This document shows positions 9,490-19,973 of a DNA stretch of 64,000 bases, piece after piece. Origin of the DNA: Trueperaceae bacterium (GTDB lineage Bacteria; Deinococcota; Deinococci; Deinococcales; Trueperaceae); contig OZ243956.1 of the NCBI GenBank assembly GCA_965214405.1, positions 1,312,001 to 1,376,000 on the forward strand. The letters are read 5' to 3'. Under the pieces are notes generated by a model, which searched no databases, was not told the origin of the DNA, and saw only the letters and a program-made list of their open reading frames with translations. Numbering within the stretch: the stretch's first letter is position 1; every line of letters starts with the position of its first letter. The position numbers were made by a program, and so were the translations under genes.

Positions 9490-11685
9490 ATGAAACGTTT
9501 TTTTGTACCCCTCATGCTGTCAAGTTTGCTCGTGCTCGCGGCGTGTAGCGACACGCCGCCTGAAGTTACGCCCACACCGGAAGCCGCGGGCTTCCGCTTT
9601 GACATCGACCCAGGTAGTGAGCAAGTTTCCGTGACCGCGGTCGGTATGGGTGCCCTGAGCACCCAACAGGCGGGGGAGGCGAGGCTGCTCGAGCCGGGCG
9701 CCGAGCTCGTCTCGAGGCTCCAGAGCACCAACTTCAGACCCGGCAACGTGCTGGACATCCGCGCCACTTTTGAGAACGTTACCGACGACGAGAGCTTTAG
9801 ACAGCCCTTTACCTTTAGGCCCGCGCTCACGCCCGAGCAGGGGAACTACCTAAGCTCGAGCGAGCCTGAGGTGTCGGACGCGGCCTTGGGCGGCGACGGC
9901 GTGCTGTCGCCTGGGGAGACGACGTCCGTGCTCTCCTTCCGGGTAGAGCATAAGGGCGAGCGCTTCTCCTACTTCGTCAACGCCTACGCGGTGGTTGAAG
10001 AAACGGAAGGGGCATGTGGCGACACGGGCATGTTCAACGGCGACGTGACGATCCGCACGCAGGAGGACATCGACGCACTTCGGGACTGCCGCGTGATCGA
10101 TGGCGACCTGACCATCCGGACCGACGCCTCAACGCTCGACTTCTCGCCGCTCGACGGCTTGCAGACGATCACTCAAGACTTCGTAATCAGACAGAATCTG
10201 TCGCTCACTTCTGTGTCGGGCTTCGGGGCGCTCAGCCGCGTCGGGGGCGTTCTCTCCATCTTCCTAAACGAGGCCCTCACTTCCGTCCCGAGCTTCCCCC
10301 AGCTCCGTAGGGTGGTTGACGGAATCTTTATTGACGACAACACCTCTCTTGCCTCCCTCACGGGGTTCGGGGCGCTAGAGTCCGTTTTCGGAGGTTTTTC
10401 CGTCAGCAACAACGCCTCCCTTACCTCCATCACAGGGTTCGGAGCACTGGAAAGCGCTGGAGACTTCTCCATCTTCAACAACAACGCGCTTCTTTCCTTT
10501 TCAGGCTTCGGGCAGCTCAAAGAGGTCGGGACGGGCGGCAGGATCGGCGGGTCCTTTAGAGTTTCCGGTAACGAATCGCTTACCTCCTTCTCCGGGTTCG
10601 AACAGCTCAGCAAGGTTGGCTCCGGCATCCTCGGCGGCTTCGAGATAAGCGACAACCCTTCGCTCGTTTCCATCCCGGCGTTCAACGCGCTCACGAACGT
10701 CGGAGGTTCCTCGGGTCCTTTCACCCCCACCTTCTTTATCTCCAACAACGACGCGCTTCCCTCCATCTCGGGCTTCGAATCGCTCGCCGTTGTTGAGCCC
10801 AATGTAGACGTGAGTTTATCCATCTCCGACAACGACGCTCTCGTTTCCATCGCAGGCTTCGACAGCCTCAGCTCCGACGGGTTCAGAGGAGGGATGAGCC
10901 GAATTAACGACAACGACATTTTCGACTGCACCGTCCCGCCCCAGAGCAATCTGCCTTTCCTGCCCGTTGACGAGTCTACGGGTAACTTAGTCAACTGCCC
11001 GACAGGGAACGGGGGTGGCAGTGAAATTGAAGATGACGTAACCATCCGAACTCAGGCGGATTTGGACGCGCTCGAGGGGGTAACTAAGATTGGCGGGAGC
11101 TTGGTTGTCAGCACCGACGCCGCAAGCCTCGACTTCTCGCCTCTTGACGAACTGCAAACAGTTACCCGGAATTTCAACATCTCCGACAACGGTGCTCTGC
11201 TCACTATTTCAGGCTTCGACAGGCTCGAAACCGTAGGCGGCGCGTTCGTGATTTCACAGAACCCCGCCCTTACTTCCGTCCCGGAATTCGGGCAACTCAA
11301 CGGAACCGGCCTAAGACTTGATATCTCTGATAACGCTTCTCTCACGTCCATCTCAGGCTTTGGGCAGCTCGAGGCCGTCGCCGTTAACCGCGACTTCAAC
11401 GCACTAAACGAAGCCGGTTTCCGCATCACCAACAACGCGTCGCTCGCCTCCATCTCTGGCTTCGGGCAACTTGGCATCGTGTATACATTCTTGGTCATCA
11501 ACGACAACGCGTCGCTCACCTCCATCTCGGGCTTCTCGGACTTTTTCGCGGAGGATGGTATCGTCATCACAAACAACTCGAGCTTTGACTGCTCGATTGC
11601 TCCCCAGGAGAACCTGCCCTTTTTACCGCTTGACGGAGGTACCGACTCCTCTTTCGGCAATCTGGTAGACTGTCCCATAGAATAA
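9490..11685 (+). CDS. Large lipoprotein with two receptor-L-domain-like leucine-rich solenoid modules
   Basis: Lipobox LVLAAC after MKRFF; ~22-aa repeats I.DN.SL.SISGF..L..V; duplicated caps DVTIRTQ.D.DAL...LDFSPLD.LQT and FDC...PQ.NLPFLP...GNLV.CP. Confidence 0.8.
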   Translation: MKRFFVPLMLSSLLVLAACSDTPPEVTPTPEAAGFRFDIDPGSEQVSVTAVGMGALSTQQAGEARLLEPGAELVSRLQSTNFRPGNVLDIRATFENVTDDESFRQPFTFRPALTPEQGNYLSSSEPEVSDAALGGDGVLSPGETTSVLSFRVEHKGERFSYFVNAYAVVEETEGACGDTGMFNGDVTIRTQEDIDALRDCRVIDGDLTIRTDASTLDFSPLDGLQTITQDFVIRQNLSLTSVSGFGALSRVGGVLSIFLNEALTSVPSFPQLRRVVDGIFIDDNTSLASLTGFGALESVFGGFSVSNNASLTSITGFGALESAGDFSIFNNNALLSFSGFGQLKEVGTGGRIGGSFRVSGNESLTSFSGFEQLSKVGSGILGGFEISDNPSLVSIPAFNALTNVGGSSGPFTPTFFISNNDALPSISGFESLAVVEPNVDVSLSISDNDALVSIAGFDSLSSDGFRGGMSRINDNDIFDCTVPPQSNLPFLPVDESTGNLVNCPTGNGGGSEIEDDVTIRTQADLDALEGVTKIGGSLVVSTDAASLDFSPLDELQTVTRNFNISDNGALLTISGFDRLETVGGAFVISQNPALTSVPEFGQLNGTGLRLDISDNASLTSISGFGQLEAVAVNRDFNALNEAGFRITNNASLASISGFGQLGIVYTFLVINDNASLTSISGFSDFFAEDGIVITNNSSFDCSIAPQENLPFLPLDGGTDSSFGNLVDCPIE

Positions 11686-11961
11686 CGAAAGGAGAAGCTG
11701 TGCAACATCAACCCCAACCACAAGAACAGCGCAGGGAAGACAAAAAGCCTTTCGAGGAGCCCAAACTCACCTACCTCACCCCCAAGCTCACCGAACGCGG
11801 CAACGTGCAAGAGAGGACGCTGCAAGGCTTTTTCGGCTCGTTCTCGCCTTAAACGCTTAAACTTTTTCAAAAGCGCCCTCGGCTTTCATGGTCGGGGGTG
11901 TTTCAGTGAGGACGTAAGGAGCAGCCATGTTTACAGGGCCTGGTTTGGCTACACTCTCCTT

Positions 11962-12456
11962 ATGAACGCCCAACGCATCCCCCCCAAACCCGGTCAAGAA
12001 TCCGTCTGGGACTACCCGCGCCCGCCCAAAGTCGAAAGGGTAAAGGAGCGCGTGCGCGTGGTTTTTAATGGCGAGACGGTTGCCGACACGGTGAACGCCA
12101 AGCGTGTGTTGGAGACCAGCCACCCGCCCGTCTACTACATCCCGCAGGAGGACGTGCGGATGAACCTCCTAACGCTCGAGTCCCGCACCACCGTCTGCGA
12201 ATTCAAAGGCCGCGCGGCGTACTGGAGCTTGGAGGTAAAGGGTAAAAAAGTTCCTAACGCCGCTTGGAGCTACCCAAGCCCGGCAGCGGGCTTTGAGAGC
12301 GTCAAAGACCATCTCGCTTTTTATCCGAGCAAAATGGACGCTTGTTTTGTTGGGGATGAACGCGTGCGGGCGCAAGAGGGCGACTTTTACGGCGGCTGGA
12401 TCACCGAAAATATCGTGGGGCCGTTCAAGGGCGGGGCGGGGACGTGGGGCTGGTAA
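11962..12456 (+). CDS. DUF427 family protein
   Basis: ESVWDYPRPP, VLETSHPPVYYIP, CEFKG.A.Y, GDFYGGWIT. Confidence 0.9.
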   Translation: MNAQRIPPKPGQESVWDYPRPPKVERVKERVRVVFNGETVADTVNAKRVLETSHPPVYYIPQEDVRMNLLTLESRTTVCEFKGRAAYWSLEVKGKKVPNAAWSYPSPAAGFESVKDHLAFYPSKMDACFVGDERVRAQEGDFYGGWITENIVGPFKGGAGTWGW

Positions 12457-12479
12457 TGCGGCGCCGCGCCCGCTAGCTT

Positions 12480-14726
12480 GTGGAGCTTCTACGCGCGGAT
12501 AATCTGAGCTTTCGCTACGGCGCGGCTGACACGCTGCGCGGTGTTTCTCTGGGTTTACAAGCGGGGCAAAAACTTGGGTTCGTCGGCCCCAACGGGTCGG
12601 GCAAGAGCACGCTGCTAAGGCTGTTGGCGGGCGAGCTAACGCCGGAAGAGGGGCGCGTGCTGCGGGCTCCGGGACTGCGTGTCGGCAGGCTTGGCGGGGC
12701 GTTTCGGGCGGGGCGGACGCTGTGGGAGGTGAGCGAGGGGGCACTGGCGCACGTGCGGTCGCTGGAAAAGGCCCTACGCGAAGAGGAAGCGCGGCTGAGC
12801 GCGGGCGAGGACCGGCTGGCGGCGTACGGCGACGTTTTTGAGGCCTTCGAGGCGGCGGGCGGCTACCGCGCCGAGGAGGAGCTGCGGGCGACGCTGGCGG
12901 CTTTCGGCTTTAATGAGGCGCGTTATGACCAAGAGGTAAGCACGCTTTCGGGCGGCGAACGGGCACGGCTGGCGCTCGCCGTTCTTTTGGCGGAAGGGGC
13001 CGACGTGCTGCTTTTGGATGAACCGAGCAACGGGCTCGATCTGACCACAAGGCGTGTGCTCTCCGGGGTGCTGGCACGGACCAAGAGCGCGTTCATCCTC
13101 GCGTCGCATGACCGGGCGCTGCTGGACGCGGTTTGTACGCACACGGCGTGGCTCGAGCAGGGCCACCTCAGCCTCTACCGGGGCGGGTACGCGGGTATGC
13201 TCGAGCAGCGAAATCAGGCCCTTCGCACGGCGGAAAAAAGAAACCGGGCGCGCGAAAAAGAGCGCTTCAGGCTCCTGCAGTCCCGGGCGGGGATGGCGGG
13301 CTGGAACACGCCGACGGCGGCGCGGGGGCGCAAGGCGTTAGAGCGGCGCATCAGCACGCTTGCCGGGGAGAACACGCCCTCCACAAAACCCGCCGAACTT
13401 CGTTTGAAAACGGAGCGCGCCAAGGGAACGCTTTTGGTCGCCAAGGATTTAAGCAAAACGTACGACGGGCGGGAGGTGGTTAGGGACGCGTCGCTGCGCA
13501 TTTCCGCGGGCGACAAACTCGCGCTGGTCGGTCCCAACGGGAGCGGCAAATCAACCTTTTTGGCGCTCCTCACGGGTGAACTAGAATCCGATAACCCGAA
13601 AAGCCGTTTGGAGTGGGGTAAAGAAACCAAAGTCGCGGTGTTCGACCAGGAGACGCGGGGGTTAGAGGGCGACCTCACCCTCCTGGGTCAACTCACGCGT
13701 TACGTCTCCGAGCTTAGGGCGCAGGGGCTTTTGTCGCTCGTCGGGTTCCGCCGAGAGGATTGGGGCAACCTTCCGGTAGAACTCTCAGAGGGGCAGCGGG
13801 CGCGCGCCGGGCTGGCGCTCCTCATGGCGAGCGAGGCGAACCTGCTCATCTTAGACGAGCCCAGCGAGGGTCTCGATATTGTCACCACCGAAACCCTCGA
13901 GGGCGCGCTGCGCGGTACAGAAGCGGCCTTTGTGCTCGTGTCGCACGACGAAAGGCTGATTGAGGGGGTGGCGGAGCGGGTGTTGACGCTTGACGGTGGC
14001 GCGCTTAAAGAATTTCGCGGCGGTTTGGCAGGCTACGACAGCGGAACTTTGCGGCTCGAGGCTGAACGGGACGTCGAAAAGATTGACGTACCGAAAACCG
14101 AAGAGACTGTTGAGCAAAAGCTGGAGCGGCTCGAGCTGGAGCGGTTGGAACTCGACACGCGCTTGCTCGACCCCTTTGGACTCTCCGAGCGCGAGGTGGA
14201 GCGGTTGGAGCGGCGTTACCAGGAGGTGCTGGACGGGCTCTCCGTCCTTTACGACGCGCGGCTCTCACCGCCGGGGCCGCGTTACCGCGTGCGTGAGGGT
14301 GCGGTGGAGGTCTGGGGAGACAAGGAGAGCGCACGAGTCTTGTTTGAGAGCAACGCGGGCCTCACCGTGACACTTATTTTGCCAACTGGACAAGAAGGGC
14401 GTGTCGGTCACCTCGTCTTGAGTGAGCCGGAGGGGGTGTGTCTTTTGCCCTGGGCTCGAGACCGCGCGATAAACGCCGTCGCACGTGTTGCCTTTGAGCG
14501 TTTGGGGGTGCGGGCGTTGCAGCTTCAAACCTCTTGTGACCTCGGCGGGTCGCATTTTCGCGCTGCGGGCGGGGAGTGGTGGACGCTCTCGGGGGAGCTC
14601 TACGAACGCGCGGAAGGCTACGGCGCGCGCCCAACGCGGCGGGTGCGGCGGCTCGCGCTCCACCCAAGCTGGCCCGACTGGGTCGCCTACCGCCGCTCGT
14701 TAAAGCGCCGCGCTAAAGCTGAGTGA
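12480..14726 (+). CDS. ABC-F family ATP-binding protein with C-terminal extension
   Basis: Two GPNGSGKST Walker A motifs, LSGGE/LSEGQ, LLLDEP/LILDEP, SHD; no TM segments. Confidence 0.88.
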   Translation: MELLRADNLSFRYGAADTLRGVSLGLQAGQKLGFVGPNGSGKSTLLRLLAGELTPEEGRVLRAPGLRVGRLGGAFRAGRTLWEVSEGALAHVRSLEKALREEEARLSAGEDRLAAYGDVFEAFEAAGGYRAEEELRATLAAFGFNEARYDQEVSTLSGGERARLALAVLLAEGADVLLLDEPSNGLDLTTRRVLSGVLARTKSAFILASHDRALLDAVCTHTAWLEQGHLSLYRGGYAGMLEQRNQALRTAEKRNRAREKERFRLLQSRAGMAGWNTPTAARGRKALERRISTLAGENTPSTKPAELRLKTERAKGTLLVAKDLSKTYDGREVVRDASLRISAGDKLALVGPNGSGKSTFLALLTGELESDNPKSRLEWGKETKVAVFDQETRGLEGDLTLLGQLTRYVSELRAQGLLSLVGFRREDWGNLPVELSEGQRARAGLALLMASEANLLILDEPSEGLDIVTTETLEGALRGTEAAFVLVSHDERLIEGVAERVLTLDGGALKEFRGGLAGYDSGTLRLEAERDVEKIDVPKTEETVEQKLERLELERLELDTRLLDPFGLSEREVERLERRYQEVLDGLSVLYDARLSPPGPRYRVREGAVEVWGDKESARVLFESNAGLTVTLILPTGQEGRVGHLVLSEPEGVCLLPWARDRAINAVARVAFERLGVRALQLQTSCDLGGSHFRAAGGEWWTLSGELYERAEGYGARPTRRVRRLALHPSWPDWVAYRRSLKRRAKAE

Positions 14727-14815
14727 GGAGTGCTCGCACCAAGGAGAGCCCCCATTTGTTTTTCCTGTGACACGTTCTTTACACGGGCGTCATACAGTGG
14801 ACCCGAGGAGGCGTG

Positions 14816-14992
14816 ATGACCGACAAGGACGAAAGGGAGCTCGAAGAGAACGCCCGCACTGTAGAGGAAACTTCGGCGGTGGGCGGGGTACTTGACGGGA
14901 GTTTTAACAGTACGTCCGACCGCAAAGATGAGGCGTCGCCCGTCGAGGAGGAGATAGCGCGGGAAAAGGACGCGGCGTGCGAGGAGGATTAA
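14816..14992 (+). CDS. Small acidic hypothetical protein (58 aa)
   Basis: Below the track cutoff. GAGGAGG SD, then MTDKDERELEENARTVEETSAVGGVLDGSFNSTSDRKDEASPVEEEIAREKDAACEED. Confidence 0.55.
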   Translation: MTDKDERELEENARTVEETSAVGGVLDGSFNSTSDRKDEASPVEEEIAREKDAACEED

Positions 14993-15156
14993 CCTGCTGG
15001 AGTGGCGCTTTGCTCGAGCCTGCGTGAGATGAGGGGAATGGGCTCGAGCTCCTCTCACGCAAGCTTTAGAAGACTATGGTTCTGGGTGACGCGGCGGCGA
15101 GCGAAGCGATAAGCTCAGTGGGTCGCAGAAATCTTTAGCGTGGGGATTCACCAAAT

Positions 15157-17157
15157 CTAATTCTTAGCCTCCTCCGCTGCCACACCCCGCGCCAACAGCG
15201 CCTCGATGCGCGCCGCGTCGTAAACGCAGCCGCCCCAGGTGCCGCCGCTCACGGCTTGGAGCGCGGCCCAGAGGCGCGTATCGTCGGGCAGGCGCGGGTC
15301 GGGCGAGAGGCCGGGGTGCGGCGGACGCGCGCGCAGGCGGCGCGCGCCCTCGTCCGCCGAGAAGCGTTCGTCGCCCTCCCCCACTAAGTCGAGCGTGCCT
15401 GCACACGCGCGCGGGTCTACGGTAATCCGAATCCAATCGTCGTCCCGCACCCGCCCGATGGGGCCGCCCGCCAGCCCCTCGGGGCCGACGTGACCCACGC
15501 AAGCGCCCGTCGAGACGCCCGAAAAGCGCGCGTCGGTCACGAGCGCCACGCTTCCGCCGAAGGGAAGATGCTTGAGCGCGGAGGTGACCTGGTAGGTTTC
15601 CTCCATGCCCGTCCCGGCGGGGCCGACGCCTGCCAAGACCATCACGTCGCCCGCTGTGATGCGGCCTGCTTTAATGGCCTGCATCGCGCCGCCCTCGCGG
15701 GTAAAGACTCGAGCCCGCCCCTCCTTGACATACCTGCCCCCCTCGAACAGCGCGGGGTCGATGGCCGTGCTCTTGACAATCGCCCCCTCCGGCGCGAGAT
15801 TGCCTGTCAAGAACGACACCGTGCCCATCATCCCTAAGGCTTCGGCCTTGTCGGGAGAAAAGATCACCTCGTCGGCGCGCACGCCGTCTCTTTCCCACAA
15901 AACTTCCTTGAAGCGGCTGCGTCTTTCGGACGCTTCCCAAGCGTTTAACGCTTTACCTAACGTTTCGCCTGTGGCGGTCAAGGCGTCGAGCTCGAGCCCA
16001 CCCAAATCCCGCAAATGCAGCATCACCTCGGGCACGCCGCCCGCCAGAAAAACGCGCACCGTCGGGTGGTCGACGGGGCCGTTGGGCAGCACGCTCACGA
16101 GGCGCGGGGTGCGCTGATTGATTTCTTGCCAGTCCTTGACCAAAGGACGCGCCAAGCCCGCCGCGTGGGCGATCGCCGGGAGGTGCAGGAGCAAGTTGGT
16201 GCTGCCCCCAAAGGCGGCGTGTACGACCATCGCGTTGTGCAGGCTTTTGGGCGTCAGCACCTCCCGACCCGTGAGGCCGCGCTTTTCTTGCGCGAGGAGC
16301 GCCTCCGCCGACCGCCGCGCCCCGTCGCGCCACACCGCGCTCCCCGAGGGCGCGAGCGCGGCGTGCGGCACCGCCAGCCCCAACGCCTCCGCGACGACCT
16401 GCGCGGTGGCGGCGGTGCCCAAAAACTGGCAGCCGCCGCCCGAGGTGGCGCAGGCGCGACAGCCGAGCGTCGCGGCCTCTTCAAGCGTGACCAGTCCGTG
16501 CGCGAAACGCGCGCCGAGCGTCTGCACCTTGCCCGCGTCCTCACCCTCTTCGGGCGGCAGCGTCACGCCGCCCGGCACGACGACGACCGGCAGGTGGGGC
16601 GTGCCCGCTAAGGCCATCATCATGGCGGGAAGCCCCTTGTCGCAGGTGGCGACGCCCAGAACGCCGCGGCCCCGCGGCAAGGAGCGGATGAGGCGGCGCA
16701 GCACCACCGCGGCGTCGTTACGGTAGGGCAGGCTGTCGAACATGCCCGTCGTGCCCTGCGTCCGCCCGTCGCACGGGTCGGAGCAATACCCCGCAAAGGG
16801 CAAGGCCCCGGCGGCGTCCAACGTGCGGGCGGCGACGCGCACGAGTTCGTCCAATTCCCAGTGCCCGGTGTGGTAGCCCAGCGCCACCGGACGCCCGTCC
16901 CGCTCCCTCAGCCCTCCCTGCGTGCTGAGAATGAGAAAGGGCGGGCGCATCACCTCCTCCACCCGCCAGCCCATCCCCGCGTTCTGGGTGAGGCCGAACA
17001 CGTCGCCGCTGGGGCTATTCAACAAGTTATCCGCCGTGAGAGGAAGCGCCCCGTCGGGTCCCGCCGCGCGCGTCTGTACATCATAAATATCTAAGGAGGG
17101 GGCTGAGGGATTGGGCTCGAGTTCCGACAACACGTCAACAGGGTCATCCAAGTTCAT
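15157..17157 (-). CDS. YjhG/YagF-family D-xylonate dehydratase (IlvD/Edd superfamily)
   Basis: [58 protein letters not shown]. Confidence 0.92.
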   Translation of the reverse strand: MNLDDPVDVLSELEPNPSAPSLDIYDVQTRAAGPDGALPLTADNLLNSPSGDVFGLTQNAGMGWRVEEVMRPPFLILSTQGGLRERDGRPVALGYHTGHWELDELVRVAARTLDAAGALPFAGYCSDPCDGRTQGTTGMFDSLPYRNDAAVVLRRLIRSLPRGRGVLGVATCDKGLPAMMMALAGTPHLPVVVVPGGVTLPPEEGEDAGKVQTLGARFAHGLVTLEEAATLGCRACATSGGGCQFLGTAATAQVVAEALGLAVPHAALAPSGSAVWRDGARRSAEALLAQEKRGLTGREVLTPKSLHNAMVVHAAFGGSTNLLLHLPAIAHAAGLARPLVKDWQEINQRTPRLVSVLPNGPVDHPTVRVFLAGGVPEVMLHLRDLGGLELDALTATGETLGKALNAWEASERRSRFKEVLWERDGVRADEVIFSPDKAEALGMMGTVSFLTGNLAPEGAIVKSTAIDPALFEGGRYVKEGRARVFTREGGAMQAIKAGRITAGDVMVLAGVGPAGTGMEETYQVTSALKHLPFGGSVALVTDARFSGVSTGACVGHVGPEGLAGGPIGRVRDDDWIRITVDPRACAGTLDLVGEGDERFSADEGARRLRARPPHPGLSPDPRLPDDTRLWAALQAVSGGTWGGCVYDAARIEALLARGVAAEEAKN

Positions 17158-17270
17158 AACGTCTCCTCTTTCGTGATTTCGTCACGCCTTCTTAAGCCAG
17201 CGTATACTAAACGCCGTGAAACCGTCTCGTTTGATTGGTCGAACGTATTAGAGCGTAGCAGGAGGTCAGG

Positions 17271-18866
17271 GTGGAATTTGTGGAGCTTAGCGGCGGCAAC
17301 TGGATTGGCACGACTTTCTCACGAGAGGGCGCGGACACATTTACGGCGATGAACCCGGCGGGGCAGGAGGGGCTCGAGCCCCCCTTTTATAGCGCCACCG
17401 AGGCGGAAGTCGGACGGGCGTTAGAGCTTGCCCAACGGGCTTTTCGGGACTACCGTAGAGTATCGCCCGAACGCAAGGCGGACTTTTTAGAGGGGATTGC
17501 CGCGGGCGTAGAGGCGCTGGGTGACGCGCTCATCCAGCGCGCCGCCGCCGAAACGGGTCTCCCCGAGGCCCGGCTTCAGGGCGAGCGGACGCGCACGACG
17601 AACCAGCTCCTTATGTTCGCGGGGGTGGTGCGGGAGGGCTCGTGGGTAGACGCGCGTATCGACCACGCGCAACCCGAGCGGCAGCCTCTCCCCAAACCCG
17701 ACCTGCGCCGGATGCTCATCCCGCTGGGGCCGGTGGCGGTCTTTGGCGCGAGCAACTTTCCCTTCGCCTTTTCCACAGCGGGGGGCGACACCGCCTCGGC
17801 GCTCGCCGCGGGCTGCCCGGTCGTCTACAAGGCGCACCCCGCGCACCCCGGCACCTCCGAGATGGTCGCGCGGGTCATATTAGAGGCCGCCGAAAAGGCC
17901 GGGCTGCCCGAGGGCGTGTTTTCGCTCCTGCACGGCGCAGGTCCCGCGGTCGGGCTGGCCCTGGTCAAGCATCCCCTAACGCAAGCGGTCGCCTTTACGG
18001 GTTCCTTACGGGCGGGCCGGGCGCTCTTCGACGCGGCGGCGGCGCGGCCCACGCCCATCCCCGTTTACGCCGAGATGGGCTCCATCAACCCGGTGTTCGT
18101 GCTTCCCGGCGCGCTTTCGGAGCGGGGCGAGGCGATAGCGGCGGGGCTCGCGGGCTCGGTCACGCTCGGCGTCGGGCAGTTTTGCACCAATCCGGGATTG
18201 GTGGTGGGGCTGGGGGACGAGGCGATGACGCGTTTTGTCGAGGAGGTCGGGTCGCAGCTCCAAGAAACCGCGCCCGGCACCATGCTCTACCCCGGCATCC
18301 AGAAAGCGTTTGAGGAGGGTGTAGCGCGTGTGGTCGAGATCTCCGGCGTGCGGACGGTAGGGCGCTCGAGCACCCCTCCCATAACCGAACGAACAGAAGG
18401 CGGTGCCGTCGCCTTTACCACCGACGCCGCAACTTTTTTGCAAGAAAAAGCGTTGAGCGACGAGCTGTTCGGCCCCGCCACCCTGCTCGTCACGGCGGCG
18501 TCCAAGGGGAAGATGCTCGAGCTGGCCCGCAACCTAGAAGGCCACTTAACCGCCACCATTCACGGCACCGAGGCGGATTTACAAGCATACGGGGAGCTTG
18601 TGGCGGTGCTCGAGACCAAGGTCGGCAGGCTCCTCTTTAACGGCTTCCCGACCGGCGTCGAAGTTTGCCCTTCGGTGAACCACGGCGGCCCCTACCCCGC
18701 CACCACCGACGTCCGCACGACCTCGGTCGGCACCGCCGCCATCACGCGCTTCGCGCGGCCCCTCTGCTATCAAGATTTCCCGCCCGCGGCGCTCCCCGAC
18801 GCGCTCAAAGACGGCAATCCGCGTGGGATTTGGCGGCTGGTTGATGGTGAATTGACCAAAGACTAA
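17271..18866 (+). CDS. NADP+-dependent aldehyde dehydrogenase, alpha-ketoglutaric semialdehyde dehydrogenase type
   Basis: FGASNFPFAFS, FTGS, AEMGSINP, GQFCTNPG, NGFPTGVEV, HGGPYPAT. Confidence 0.92.
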   Translation: MEFVELSGGNWIGTTFSREGADTFTAMNPAGQEGLEPPFYSATEAEVGRALELAQRAFRDYRRVSPERKADFLEGIAAGVEALGDALIQRAAAETGLPEARLQGERTRTTNQLLMFAGVVREGSWVDARIDHAQPERQPLPKPDLRRMLIPLGPVAVFGASNFPFAFSTAGGDTASALAAGCPVVYKAHPAHPGTSEMVARVILEAAEKAGLPEGVFSLLHGAGPAVGLALVKHPLTQAVAFTGSLRAGRALFDAAAARPTPIPVYAEMGSINPVFVLPGALSERGEAIAAGLAGSVTLGVGQFCTNPGLVVGLGDEAMTRFVEEVGSQLQETAPGTMLYPGIQKAFEEGVARVVEISGVRTVGRSSTPPITERTEGGAVAFTTDAATFLQEKALSDELFGPATLLVTAASKGKMLELARNLEGHLTATIHGTEADLQAYGELVAVLETKVGRLLFNGFPTGVEVCPSVNHGGPYPATTDVRTTSVGTAAITRFARPLCYQDFPPAALPDALKDGNPRGIWRLVDGELTKD

Positions 18867-18890
18867 CTCGCAGCCTCTACAGGAGATTTT

Positions 18891-18983
18891 GTGTCTACTA
18901 CCAGCATCACCGCCTGTGACATCCGCCTTTCTACCTCACACCCGCTTGGCGGCTCCGGCGCGGCGTGGCAGGGGGTTTTGTGA
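18891..18983 (+). pseudogene. 30-codon remnant resembling the N-terminus of L-fuconate dehydratase (enolase superfamily)
   Basis: AGGAG SD, then VSTTSITACDIRLSTSHPLGGSGAAWQGVL*, compared from memory with D.RFPTS..LDGSDA; its TGA overlaps the next GTG. Confidence 0.45.
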
Positions 18984-19804
18984 TTCTCTCGCGCCATAGA
19001 GCCGTCGATAAAGCCACCGGGGATACACGCTGGGCGCTGGACGGCAAGCTGCTCCCGGCGAGCTTTTCTTTGGGTGGGCTGCTCGAGCTCCCCCGAGAGT
19101 CCGTCAAACCTTTTTTAGAGCTTTTGCCCGTAAGCGAGACCACCGACGCGCCCCGGCTGGCACCGCTCGAGCCCTCTCACGAAGTTTGGGCGAGCGGCGT
19201 GACCTACGAACGCTCGCGCGAGGCGCGTCGGGCCGAGTCAGGCAGCGACGTGTACGACCTCGTTTACGACGCCGAGCGCCCCGAGCTCTTCCTCAAGTCG
19301 CTCGGCTGGCGCGTCGTGGGCGACGGCGAGCCCGTTCGCATCCGCCGTGACAGCGCCTGGAACGTGCCCGAGCCCGAGCTGGTGCTCCTCTTAAACGCCC
19401 ACGGCGACATCGTCGGCTACACCGCGGGCAACGACGTGTCCTCGCGCGACATCGAGGGGGCCAATCCCCTCTATCTGCCCCAGGCCAAACTCTACAACGG
19501 CTCCTGCGCGCTGGGTCCCAGCCTAGTTCTTGCAGACGCCGACGCATTAAGAGACCTGCCGATTCGGCTCGAGGTCTCCCGCCACAACAGCCTCATTTTG
19601 GATGAGAATATCCGCACCTCACGGATGCACCGCCGCTTAGAGGACTTGGCAAACTATCTCTTCCGCGAACTCTCCTTCCCGCACGGCACCCTGCTGATGA
19701 CCGGCACCGGCCTCGTGCCGCCCGATGACTTTAGCCTCGAGCCCGGCGACCGGGTGCGCGTCACGGTGGGGGAGGTGGGGCTCGAGAACGTGGTGGAGGG
19801 GTAA
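18980..19804 (+). CDS. FAH-family hydrolase, probable 2-keto-3-deoxy-pentonate dehydratase (XylX/KdaD-like)
   Basis: EVWASGVTY.RSR.AR..ES, AERPELF.K, WNVPEPEL, GNDVSSRDIEG.NPLYLPQAK. Confidence 0.88.
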   Translation: MILSRHRAVDKATGDTRWALDGKLLPASFSLGGLLELPRESVKPFLELLPVSETTDAPRLAPLEPSHEVWASGVTYERSREARRAESGSDVYDLVYDAERPELFLKSLGWRVVGDGEPVRIRRDSAWNVPEPELVLLLNAHGDIVGYTAGNDVSSRDIEGANPLYLPQAKLYNGSCALGPSLVLADADALRDLPIRLEVSRHNSLILDENIRTSRMHRRLEDLANYLFRELSFPHGTLLMTGTGLVPPDDFSLEPGDRVRVTVGEVGLENVVEG

Positions 19805-19973
19805 GAGAATTTTCCGGTAACCGAGCCGTCCAGGGGTGACAGAAGAACGCCCCGTGTGCTACGCTCCCATAGTTCACGCCCGCTGCTGTTAAAGAGAGGC
19901 TTGGTAGCTTCTTTCTAGAGGCCGTGACGCTCGTCTGCTGACAACCCAGCCTAACGGTTGTCCAAAGGAGGTC

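Noticed and set aside
10173..11870. Long minus-strand ORFs of 290 and 272 aa
   Set aside because: Antisense shadows of the repetitive lipoprotein gene, with no independent motifs.
12480..14726. ABC-F as an antibiotic-resistance (ARE) factor
   Set aside because: The subfamily cannot be assigned by eye and no leader or attenuator is evident.
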